A stretch of 61,198 bases of DNA, filler included, from Sphacelaria rigidula (taxonomy: Eukaryota): NCBI GenBank assembly GCA_964200075.2. It is 5 parts of 5 records of this genome, joined end to end, with 100 filler letters (N's around TTAATTAATTAA, not from the genome) between each part and the next. Parts side by side here need not be neighbours in the genome. Positions count along the whole stretch, not along the records: positions 12,261 to 24,420 come from CAXNAA020004066.1; 4 more parts are not named here. The stretch is one strand, 5' to 3'. Shown in pieces: positions 12,261 through 22,790 of this stretch. A program made the position numbers and the translations under genes. Each line of letters starts with the position of its first letter. Within the stretch, counting starts at the first letter, position 1. The notes beneath the pieces were generated by a model. The model made no database searches. It saw nothing but the letters and a program-made list of their open reading frames with translations, and had not been told where the DNA came from.

Positions 12261-12790
12261 TTCATTCTTTACCATCGCCACTTCCAGAGAGAGCAACGGC
12301 TTTTACACTGCCTCATGGGTGTCTCACCATCTAAACACTACGTAGTACGATCATCCCCTTTGTGCGGAGTTGAGGTGCTTCCACGCTGCACAACATGATC
12401 TAGCTCGACTACAATCACGGTTACCGCAACAAAAACGCAAGCGCGCAATGAAAGCGGTAACCTGGTTGCCTAGCTTACACACCCTGGACGAAATGTGGTC
12501 AATACTTGCAATACACGATAAACGTACTGCATAAAGTATAAGCATATTGCGACTTTTGTCGGCCGACAAAGGTCGCAATAGGTCTGTACTTTATGCAGTA
12601 CGTTTATTGTGTATTGCAAGTATTGACCACATTTCGTCCAGGGTGTGCTAGCTTACGCAGTGAGTGGCGTCTTTTACAGGGTCATCGCCAACCGACGCCA
12701 ACCCCATTGGGGGTCCGCCCCTACAAAGCCAGGACAGAGCACACCGGGTTCTCGCCGAACCAGGCTGATGGGGGAGGGGGGTGGTGGTGG
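12261..12790 (-). mobile_element. Rearranged fragment of non-LTR retroposon family B
   Basis: Matches 56680-56940 and 53060-53100. The minus strand reads IARLRFCCG, and the fragment ends in a G-rich tract at 12770-12790. Confidence 0.7.
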
Positions 12791-12897
12791 AAGGAACGGG
12801 ACGAACGGTAGAAATGATATGGATTCCGGTAGCCAATGTTGAACACCGATGAAACAACAAAAACACCCAGGGCAAAAATCGAAAACAACCGACGTAC

Positions 12898-15800
12898 CGA
12901 TAATCCCGGCCAGTGTGAGACACAGGCTCGACACGGCGGACCCAAGATACGTTCCCGTGGAGTAGATCCCGTTCGCCGTTGCTCGCTGGGACTTGGGGAA
13001 ATAGAGCGTGATGAGGCCGTAACACGCAGGAGCGTTAAACGCCTCCCCGATGCCGATGATGACACGAGCCACCTGTTCGTTCGGCCGTACGATACACGGA
13101 CAACGTAAAAAAAAAAAACTATAATACCACGCGTACTTTTTTTCTTGTCGCACTTTCATAGTTTTTTCCGTAGATACCCGAGACCTCTCGCCTTCCTCTG
13201 GACGAGTCCATGGTCTCGAGCGATGAATTAATCCATCTCTCTCCCGGTACACGCCTTGCATTGTGGTCTCGCGGATTGGGTCATGACTATCAGCACTCCC
13301 GCACCCCGTCGACTCACATTAAATAAACTTAGTCAACTACTTTGTTTGCTCACGTTTTCACGCTCCCCACAGTGGAAATCAGATATGACCAAGGAAAAAA
13401 TCCAGTGCATCGGGAATCGAACCCTCGTCCTCTCCACCCTGATGGCGACAGTCGGACCATTTCACCCCACCGGGACGCGGCGTCTAGTTACATTCAACGA
13501 CGATGACTCATGGAAAATAACCGAATGATCGTGTGCTACCGCGCGTACGACGTACAACAAACGGCGATGACACGTGGACAATAATCGAATGGCTGCATCA
13601 TTACGCGTACCACATGCAGTAAACGGCGGATGACGCACGGAAAATAATCAAATAACAGCGTCACCACGCGTACTATGGTACTTAATAATGAATGGAAAAT
13701 GAGAAAAACCGCGTTACCCACTCGCGTACCACAGTAAACGGTGATGACACACACGGAAAAATAACCAAAACAGCTACGAACAGTAGACAACTCTGATGAC
13801 TATCTAGAAAATGACCAAATAGCCGCGCCCCCCCCTGTGGCCTAATTCCTACCTCATTAATCAGTTACTACTGTGGGGGTTCGAATTTTAGCACATGCAA
13901 TCTTACCCCTTTTTTTCTGTAGTACTCGTGCGTGATTTCCGCCGTCAAAAAGGTATGGACGTGTGCAACATTTTTTTTCACGAAAGTCGACGCGGTGCGG
14001 GAGTGTTAAGTCATGATCCAATCCGCAATGATGACCAAAAAGAGCGACGTTTACTAGGGGAGGACTACGGGCTCGCCCCGAGGAAGGGGAGGGGTGTAAA
14101 TAAAAAGCATGAACAGAACAAATCGAGAGCTGTGTAATGATATCGAAATGAAAGACGTTCACTGGGGGAGGACTACGGGCTCATCCCGAGGAAGGGGAGG
14201 GGTGTAAAGAAAAAGCATGAACAAAACAAATTAAGAGCTGTGTACCAGGTGCCGCCTCACTAATGGCCATGGTGCATGGAAAATAATGATCAATATATAT
14301 TTATATATGCATGACCTACATTTATAAACACGCACGTGTATATAAATACCGTAACGCCACCAGTGAAGGGGGAATGAGAAGTAGACGTGCGTTGAGTTAG
14401 GGCCTCTGGCTGACGATAGCAGCAGAAATTCAACACCAATGAAAAGACCAACGGACTCCGTCGGGCGACAGTCCATTTTCGGAACAATCATCACAGGTCA
14501 CCCTTCAATGCCGCCGATAACCTTGGGGCCATATGTAGCTGAGCAGCTCCTCTCTGATTGAGTTCTTTCTCATATATTTCAACGTTTGTTACACTGTTTC
14601 TTCTCCGTTTAGTTTGGTCCGGTTTGGCTCCCTTTCCTTACACTCTTTTCCTTTCCCATTTCTGCTGCTTCCTCGTTCTTCAGCCAAATATTCACCTTTT
14701 TATTTTTCATCTCTCGTCTTTCTCGAAATGACACCCCTCAGCGAGTGTTTCCGTTTGACGGCCTCGGGTATCTACGGAGATCCTGTGGCTGACTATTAGG
14801 TTTCTCGGAGATCAGTCTACGAAGATCCTGTGACTGATGGCTAGATTTCTCGGAGATCAGACCAAGGTCAACAATCAATCTAGGGATATCCTGTGACTGA
14901 CGGCTAGATTCTCCGGAGATCAGACCAGGGCGGGCAATCAATCTAGGGGGATCCTGTAACCGATGGATGGTACCCGACGCAAGAACTCCTCTTAACAAGA
15001 CGGAAGGGTAGTGATTTCGAGAGAAGCGATAAGACCTCACCGAGCACAAATCATCATAAATCTTCCAAGGAAAGAGGCTTCATGAGGTCATGGTACAGCT
15101 CGTACTAGGAGCCCATAACTTGACGGTCCTCATTTATGTGATCGTTGTACCGTATCATGACATTGAATCCGGTATGAATGCCTTTCTGAGTTGCACGTTC
15201 ATTTTTCAAGTGAAAAAAAATACCAATCCAAGAGTTTACCCACCGCCCTGGCGATCACAGGCTTAAAAAATCAACACAACATGGTCTACCTACCTACCTA
15301 CCCCCCTTCCCCTGTATCAAGACCCCAGGTGTAGTTCAAGGTAAGATTTCTGCTCCTAATTTTCAGCGCGAGGGTATTGTCTTGCAGGCGCAGGCTGTTG
15401 TTCAAGTCACCTTGTTCCGTGTAACTTTTTAGTGTGTTGTTCTTGAGTCGTCGTTCTGGACGCCAGTCTACACCTTATCGGTATGTGTGGGTGCATCAGC
15501 CGGGATCACACGACAGGACGGTCAACGCATCACATTTTTTCTCGCGCTTTGTGTCAGCAATCGCTTTCAGCAATCCCCGTTCCTCCTGCGGTACTTACCT
15601 CCCTCGCTATCACGAGAGGGGTTGTGCGATCCCTTTCCGTCGTCGGCCGCGAAGTCGATTTTTGTTTTTGTTGTGTACCCACGACATTGTAGCTCTCCAC
15701 AGTCGGGCATGGTGTGAGAAAAAATCCCAGACTGTAACAACGTTCTCGTGAGATTAAGAGTAGAGCGCTGATTGAGAGTGACTTTGATCATTCGCTTAGC

Positions 15801-18800
15801 CAATTTTTCGTTCCGTGTGTGCTTACAGCTACACGTCTATATCCTACTCGGATATATCAAGGGCCTCAGTGGCACGCTACTACAGTACAGTACAGAGAGT
15901 ATACCGGGCCTCGTGGAGGGACATTTCGGAACTGAAACGATTCGTTCATTGATTGTACGATTTTCACTCTTAATCTCACGAAGGCGTTGTTTCGTGTGAA
16001 TTCACCACGATTCGAACTCTCGTCCCAACCGTCAGGAGGTTTCAACGTAACCAACTGAGCCATCGGGGCGACACGATTGTGGTACAATACTGCACTATAC
16101 TGTGTCATACTTTCTTGTGTGTTCGTGAAATCTTGCACCAAGTAGTCGCCACACACAAATCACAAACAGCGAACGGGGATAGAAGCTCTCCAGCACTCTT
16201 GCCAACCGTCTGTGTCCATGCAGCGTGTACTCACGCCTACAAAAGTCATCCTCCGAAGCTCGCGGAACTGTCAGCCGATAGTTACCACGGGCGGTCAACG
16301 GGTCCACCTCCAGTTTCGTAGGATACGAGTACTAACGTCCCTCCGCCCCCTCTGGGGTAAATGTGGTAAGTAAGCGAAGGTAGCATGACCTCGTTTGATA
16401 GGTTCGACAGTAGCGAGAAAAAGATCGCTACACGAGACTATAAACGGTGGCCACAGACTGCGAAATAGGGAGCGGATAAGATACGCCAACAGGTTATTGT
16501 GTGTCATGTATGGAAATAAGTGTAATGAGCGCCAGGCGATTTGGAGGTGTTTCCATTATTAGGAGCAGGAAGGGTGCTCCGTCTCGCAAAGGATGCGTAG
16601 TCATTGGTCAAATGACCAAGGCAAGCAATGAATGAGTACGCCCCCCTCTCCTCCCCTGCTTTCCCATTCCATCGACCACCCCCGAGCGCTTGCTTACCAA
16701 GAGGCAGTTGAAACTTGTGCAAGTGCCATGCCCGGCCGCGGCCAGGCTCCATACCAAGACGGCCCCCGTGTGCAGGAATCTCCGGTCGAGCGTATCTGTC
16801 AGTCTGCCCGCTATCAGCGTGGCCAATGCGAACATGATCGTGAATCCCGGTCCCGCTAGCGTTCCGTACTGGGTCGTGCTTACGCATGCTCCGTCCTGTG
16901 TTTGTGTGTACGTTGGTTGATATGATACGATACGATATGATTGTTGGACTCGGGGGAGCTACTTCGCACCGGTTTTCGTAGCGTCTCTCGTCTTCTTTTT
17001 ATTTTTAGTGATATGTCTCGTAAGCAATAGCAGGGACGGTATTGGAAAGGCGAGGCTATGTTTGTGACCACGGGTTCGCGAGATCGGACTAATGTGAAAA
17101 AATAATAATCAAAATCATAATAATAATAATAATGATAACAACAACAACAACAACAATAACAATAAATGATACGATACAATAGGATGATCTGATGTAATGA
17201 TATAATACTTGATGTCATGAGTGTGTGGCTGTCGCACACTCACTGATCCGCAACGAGCCGTGCTTCTTCGCGGTTACAAGAAGAGACAGGCCTATGTAGT
17301 CAGAGTGAAAGAACATATGTATATATATATATAAATATGTATAAACGGTAAGACTCTCTGAAGCGACCGATGCTCAAGAAGAGAAGGGAACCACACGGGA
17401 ACGAAGAGTAAGGGCAGAGAAAAAAAGCAAACGGAAGTAAGAAAAATGAAATGAAATGAAAGGATGAAGTACAGTAAGTTGGGAGAAAATCGACGTTAAA
17501 AAAAGAAGGGCTCGACATCCGTAGTAATGCATTCGTACTGTATCAACCAGCTCTGAGAGCAAGAAAAAAAAACGATAAAAAAAAAAAACACACGAATAAC
17601 ACAACGGTAGGCCTCTGGCGCATGACTTCAGAGAAGGAGGAGGGCTGCAGAAGTGTTTTGCAACCTTATCTAGACCGGATATCTCAACATTACACGGCGT
17701 CTGCTTTTTGCCCCAAAAAGTACTGTACCTTGAGGTTGTAAAAGCCGGTATCGTAGGCCTGTCGGCATGCCAAGCACCTCAGCTCATCTTCGTCGGTTTC
17801 CTGAGAGCAAAAAAGCGACGGGCACCGGGCATGTTCCCGCATTTTCAACTATTTTCTCATGTGAGTGTGTGTAGCGACCGGGAAAAAACTCCTTGATGCG
17901 TGATTAAACGATTGATTAGATTAGGTAATACAAGATATTATATTCAATGAGATTAGAATAGATTCGCTACAAATCCAGGTGTAACCGCACTACAGAATGA
18001 AACACACAGAAGCACGGCAGATGGAATACTTCGATCGGAATCGACCCGTCTTTTTTTCACTTTCTTCTGTCATCGTTCTTACTGGTTTCATTAGGATTGT
18101 CCGTTCGTGCTCCTATTCTCCTTTCCTTTTTCTTTCCCCAGCCCTTCCTCTCCTGCTTGTTTTTTTGTCATCTATTTCATGTACCTCTCGGTTGTTCAGT
18201 TCACCTCTATTCTTTTGCCTTTTTCCAAAAAACAAAAATCAAACCCAATAACCCCAACAGATACTCTCAACCAACAAACAGATGAAATAAAGTTTCATTA
18301 CCTTTACATTATTTGCAGCATTGGCTGTATCGGCATAAAGTGTACAATCATAAATCATGTTCGACAACATCCTTCTCCTCTGGTTCAATTTGACTCTGTA
18401 CCAGAAAAGCTTTCGGACAACTCTTGTCGAAACCGTCTCACCAGGCGCAGGGTGGCTAGACATGTTCCTCAATTTTTCCTTTAGCGAGTACGTGCTTCGC
18501 ACTCTGGACGATGACGAATACATATGGTCAATATTCGCAATAAACAGAAAAAAATGTACTGCCTGAAGTATATGCCTACTGCAACCATGGTCGGTTGCAG
18601 TAGGCACTAACCATAGTCGGAACATACTTTTTGAAAAAACACTAACCACAAGCCCAACCCGAGGCATACCGAGAACCCTCGGGCGAGGCGGGGTGAACCG
18701 TTGCCGAGGCAAAGTGTGGCGTCGGCAGACCTCAAAACGACGCCGCAGGCGCCAATCTTGACGCAAACGCGTTCTGCGCACGCGAAGGGCAGTTGGGGAT

Positions 18801-20373
18801 GTCAGCCCCATTAAAGATCCGAATATCGGTATTTACACTCGAATCGAGTAATAAAATTCCGGGAAGGTTCTAACCGACCGAGTGGTGAAGTGGTAGACAC
18901 TACTGGAACAGAACCCAAACGGTTGTTTCGCAGTTTGTTGAGCCATTTGCCAAAGGTCGTGCGGTGTGTGAATCTCTCCACAGAGGTCTCGAGTCTCTAA
19001 GCGGTGGAAACGAGTAAAAATAATGGTTGGAGACGTTCTTCGTCCACTTGGTTTTGTACCGTGCCGTGGGTTGGACTGTGGCTGTGTGTGTATATATATA
19101 TACGTTTGTGTTGTTGTTCCATTTATCTTGGACGCCGGTCTACACTTTTCGGTACATGCGGGCACACCAGCCGGGGTCACACAGGAGGAAGGTCAACACA
19201 GGAGTTCTTTTCTTGTTTGTTTCAGTTCTCCAACTTCCTTCTGCGATGCTTGCCTTTATTTTTTATCGCAAGAGGGGCTCAGTAGCTCCTTTCCTTCGTC
19301 GACCATTGACTCGAATTTCATGTACCCACGACATGATCGCTCTACACTGGTGGGTGAAGAGAGAAAAAATCTCTGATCGCTCCGAGATTTCAAACCCACA
19401 ACTCAAACGCCAGAGGGTTTCTTTGCTACCAACTGAGCCACCGGAGCGACCGGCTACGGAAGGCCCATATTGGTCATATAAAGATACACTTTGAACATTA
19501 TGTGAGACAGCGTGAGACAAAATGAGGTATAAGATAAACCCAGTAGTTTCTGCTGGGCACGCCTACCCCATTGGCGGACAAAACAGGGTACTCTGCGAGG
19601 CCCTTGTTTCCGGTGGCGTTGTTCGGCCGTAAAACCGCGCTCTTTTTCGCGAAAGTTGTACATGCTCTGCATGGGCCGTGAGCACCTTACCTTCGCGTGG
19701 GGTTGATTCTTGAGTGGTTCGGGTCTAGCACGGACAGCTCCAACTCGCGCGGTTACCTGTACCTACGTTTGGGCTGAAATTGGTCGGAATGTACCCGCTT
19801 TTGTCTGTTGCCCCCAAAAAACACAGTAGGAACCCCCCCGGACTCGCAAGATGTTCACGAGTATACAAGGGTCGGACGAAAAATTATTCGTTTGAAAATT
19901 ACTTGGTTTTAGTATGATGAGTCCACTCGTGACGAATCGATTCCTAGGCTTTATTTCAGGGTTGCAACCCAATTTCACGCAGCCCAGACACGTGGAATGG
20001 CGATCAACTTTTTTCTCCTTTTTGGGCAATCAGGACGAAGAAATCATGAAATTGGTGATTTTGAGTCGTGATGATTTGTCCTACCCGTGCAAGTATATTA
20101 GATGGACACCCTAAATTCCATTTCATGGAGATTGTACTGTGTAAGTTCATGTTCACGCTACGCGACTAATCTTCACTGTTGTGGTGACATTCCCCCTGCA
20201 CGATAACAAAGCTCCTTCGAGATGAGACATTCACCCTGATATGTCGGAGTATATTTCTGCTGTTTGTATTGTTCGTTTCTTTCCCTCACCTCGTTCATGT
20301 AGCAAAGAGGCTCGAACGAGACACCATCGCACTCGTCATCGCAATGCTCAACCGACACGGCCGCGAGATTGTA
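12898..20373 (-). CDS. Major facilitator superfamily transporter (Spinster-like / MFS_1), partial; exons 20290-20373, 17729-17800, 16698-16895, 12898-13072
   Basis: GT-AG introns join in phase to YNLAAVSVEHCDDECDGVSFEPLCYMNE|ETDEDELRCLACRQAYDTGFYNLK|DGACVSTTQYGTLAGPGFTIMF..GRLTDTLDRR..|VARVIIGIGEAFNAPAC..QRATANGIYSTGTYLGSA. This contains MFS motif A, the TM4 R..G..E motif and motif C. The first and later exons were not found. Confidence 0.9.
13180..13492 (-). mobile_element. tRNA-derived SINE, family 1
   Basis: The minus-strand head GCCGCGTCCCGGTGGGGTGAAATGG..GGTTCGATTCCC has Pol III A and B boxes. Homologous copies occur at 24361-24420, 49040-49165 and 55274-55530, with more diverged or partial ones at 13870-14100, 50600-50790 and 57410-57740. 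Confidence 0.75.
13505..13820. repeat. Degenerate ~60-bp minisatellite (about 5 units)
   Basis: Recurrent GGAAAATAA..CGCGTAC..AAACGGCGATGAC units. Confidence 0.6.
14057..14243. repeat. Direct duplication of a ~78-bp SINE tail segment
   Basis: GGGGAGGACTACGGGCTC..GAGGAAGGGGAGGGGTGTAAA..AAGCATGAACA..GAGCTGTGTA occurs twice. Confidence 0.85.
14775..14965. repeat. Tandem 45-63-bp repeats (about 3.5 units)
   Basis: Repeated ATCCTGTGACTGA..TAGATTTCTCGGAGATCAG. Confidence 0.75.
15440..16072 (-). mobile_element. tRNA-derived SINE, family 2 (interrupted)
   Basis: Minus-strand head GTCGCCCCGATGGCTCAGTTGG..GTTCGAATC. The body matches the copy at 19129-19453. Confidence 0.65.
16345..16657 (+). mobile_element. 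5'-truncated LINE 3' end, family A
   Basis: Homologous to 52080-52356 and 53571-53877. It ends GATGCGTAGTCATTGGTCAAATGACCAAGGCAAGCAATGAATGAGTACGCCCCCC and is C-rich on both flanks. Confidence 0.8.
19129..19453 (-). mobile_element. tRNA-derived SINE, family 2
   Basis: A box TGGCTCAGTTGG on the minus strand near 19430-19441. The body is homologous to 15457-15730. Confidence 0.65.
19865..20085. repeat. Dispersed MITE-like repeat
   Basis: GGGTCGGAC..AATTACTTGGTTTTA..CTCGTGACGAATC..GGTGATTTTGAGTCGTGATGATTTGTCCTA. Related copies at 31580-31762, and inverted at 40818-41075 and 32750-33160. Confidence 0.7.
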
Positions 20374-20461
20374 CTGGCATTCCCACGAGTCGAACCAAGT
20401 GAAGTCATACATTCAAGCACACGCGCATGCACACACGGGAGGGGGGGGGGACGAAGGTCAG

Positions 20462-20577
20462 GGGACGTGGGGTGGTGGGGTAAGCATGATCTTGCATGCC
20501 GTAGTCAATGATCACTGACCTCGCATCCCTACAAAGCCGGGACGGACCATGCTGGGTTTCGCCGAAACAGGCTCGTA
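20462..20577 (-). mobile_element. 3' end of non-LTR retroposon family B
   Basis: Matches 24541-24637, 53005-53104 and 56458-56545, with a G-rich tail on the plus strand. Confidence 0.75.
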
Positions 20578-21911
20578 ACGACCAAGGACGTGTGAAAAAG
20601 TTCTGTCGGTTACGACTTCGAATCCCGACACATTCTCTTTTTTTACTGCTTTTCTGTCTTCAAGGTTATATATTATGTGATACTTTTTTTTTTTTGCGGC
20701 AAAACGTGCATGACCAGGTTGGCCTGCAGTTCACAGCGATATGCTTGAATAGTGTTGATTCGGGACACTTGGGAAGTTCTTGTGTGATATGCATTCGTAC
20801 GTTCGCATCTGGCTCAGTTCGTGGCTGCGTGACAACACAGGAGATGCAATAGCAGGGACTGCTCAAAAAGGGTGAAACAAAAGACATCATTTCTCCTGTG
20901 CGCTTTGATTGCTGGAGTGGTCAGTGCCCAAGTGGTCTTATACGGCTAAGATGTGGAGCAGGCGTTCCGTAAGCAAAGGTAATGACGGCACGCAAATGTG
21001 CAAATCTCCAGTCTAGGACCGTTTTGTACGGCCGTCACAAAAACGGATCTGTACGCATATCGGGGGACCTCAAATCAGGAAACGCATCGTATTGACTCCA
21101 TTTTAGCCCGAATCGGGAAAGCTCAGATGCGTTTGTCACGATTTGAGAAACATTCTACACGCATCTGGGCGCAGACCCGTGGAAAATCGAGGTCCCCGGA
21201 ATCCGTAGCAACTGACGTACGTATGTTGACGTACAATGATAGGGCAACAGGCGTTCGATATTTTTGCAACAACAGCAGCAGACAGTCTCGTGACTGCACA
21301 GAGTCTGCGAGCGCCCGCTGCCGGAGCAGCTCCGCACGGGGTTTGAGAAAGGGATAAGAAGTGTTGACGCCGTAACCTGCGGCGATGGCAATATTTCATG
21401 CTGCACTGTACTGCTGCATGTATCATCACAAAAAACGGTACTGTACGATCCTACACTCTGCTGTCGCTGTACTTGCAAGTGATTAATGACACTGCACTCG
21501 TGAACTCTTATCGCACACTGTACTGTGCACTGTTCTCGCAGTACCGACCGCACCATCATGTATTGCTACACGGCATCTTCATGTACTGCTGTTGTTGTTG
21601 TTGTTGTTGTTGTTGTTGTCCCATTTATTCTGGTTCTGTGATCGTGTTGTGTACTACACTGCATTATACCCGAGGGTACCACGGTACGATGCTGTTCTTG
21701 AAGGATGATTCCCTGCCTGCCTGTTCTTCGGCTTCACTGTGATACCACAACCGCCCAGAAAATGACCGTTCGTGTACAGAACAACTTCAACAAATCCGTG
21801 GAGCCATACAGGGGTACAAACGAATCTGAGTTTCACGAATCTGGGTCCCCCCGATTTGGCACAGATTCGGGTCCCACCAGATTCGGGATTGGCTTCTATA
21901 CAAATCGGTAC

Positions 21912-22092
21912 AAGGCCCTGTCTTAGTGCATGAGTTGTCGATCGAAGTTGTGCGGTGGAAAGCAAAAATCCCGATCTCATAGGTCGTGATTTCAACCATC
22001 GTCATTAATTTTGAAGATGGTTAATATAATGACTTATCAGATCAGGATTCTTGTTTTCCGATCGAAAACTCATGTGCGAAGACAGGCCCTAA
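21912..22092. mobile_element. Tourist/Harbinger-like MITE
   Basis: TIRs GGCCCTGTCTTAG..CATGAGTT / AACTCATGTGCGAAGACAGGCCCT. Same family at 27121-27680 and 32130-32323. Confidence 0.75.
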
Positions 22093-22534
22093 CTCGAAGA
22101 ATCAGCCTGAGCATTTGGCGATGCGTGAATTTCGGAACATATATACCTTAACCCTTTTGGAACCTTCCCCTCCTGTCCCCTGACCAAACGCCTTATTATG
22201 CGAAGCCCTGACGAAGAGGAGAACATGGAACAGAATAGGCCGACGGCAACCATTTTTATAATGGAAGCCCTGTTCGTCTGTTCACTGCGGTCAGTACGAT
22301 ACCATGTATGCGACTATTGGGTGCGTATTGCGGAAGGCATTTGCTGATGACAGTTTTTTTCTTTTTCGTGAACCAGCCTGTAGAGGCATCTCAAACTCGA
22401 GTTTCCGGATATTTTCATCCGTAAGACCAGCTCTAACGAGAATCGATCAAACTTCCTCTTGAAAATTGTCTCGTGGGCCCTTCTCCGTAGTTTTACCCGC
22501 CCGAAAACAGAGCTAGGCGGATGATGGCGCCTTG

Positions 22535-22790
22535 GGATGACTTGCTCTACTCGTTGAGACCGTTCCAGGGCAACTTTGCGTTTCCCGCTCGCAGCAGTTT
22601 TGTTTTTGGTCGAACTTGCATTTTCAACAACAAACCTCAAAGTGATCAAAATACTGGCGGCTTCCTCTCTGTTTTTGCATCACCTGGCCGTTCGCTATCG
22701 AAAATGCAGGTTTGACCAAAGATAACACTGCAGCCAGTAGGAAGCGCAAAGTTGCCCTGGAGCGGCTTCAACGAGTAGAGCAAGTCATTC
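22535..22790. repeat. Fold-back MITE-like inverted repeat
   Basis: ATGACTTGCTCTACTCGTTGAGACCGTTCCAGGGCAACTTTGCG pairs with CGCAAAGTTGCCCTGGAGCGGCTTCAACGAGTAGAGCAAGTCAT. Related copy at 31766-32018. Confidence 0.8.

Noticed and set aside
1-12898. Retrotransposons lying inside a giant intron of the MFS gene
   Set aside because: A synthetic linker at 12161-12260 separates them, so the contigs are not known to be adjacent.
13400-13492. Functional tRNA genes (also 16000-16072, 24361-24420, 36422-36490, 49090-49165)
   Set aside because: A and B boxes are present but I cannot fold a full cloverleaf, and most heads continue into shared repeat bodies, which indicates SINEs.
14775-14965. CRISPR-like repeat-spacer array
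   Set aside because: The intervening sequences are similar to each other, the units are degenerate, there are no cas genes, and the context is a eukaryotic intron.
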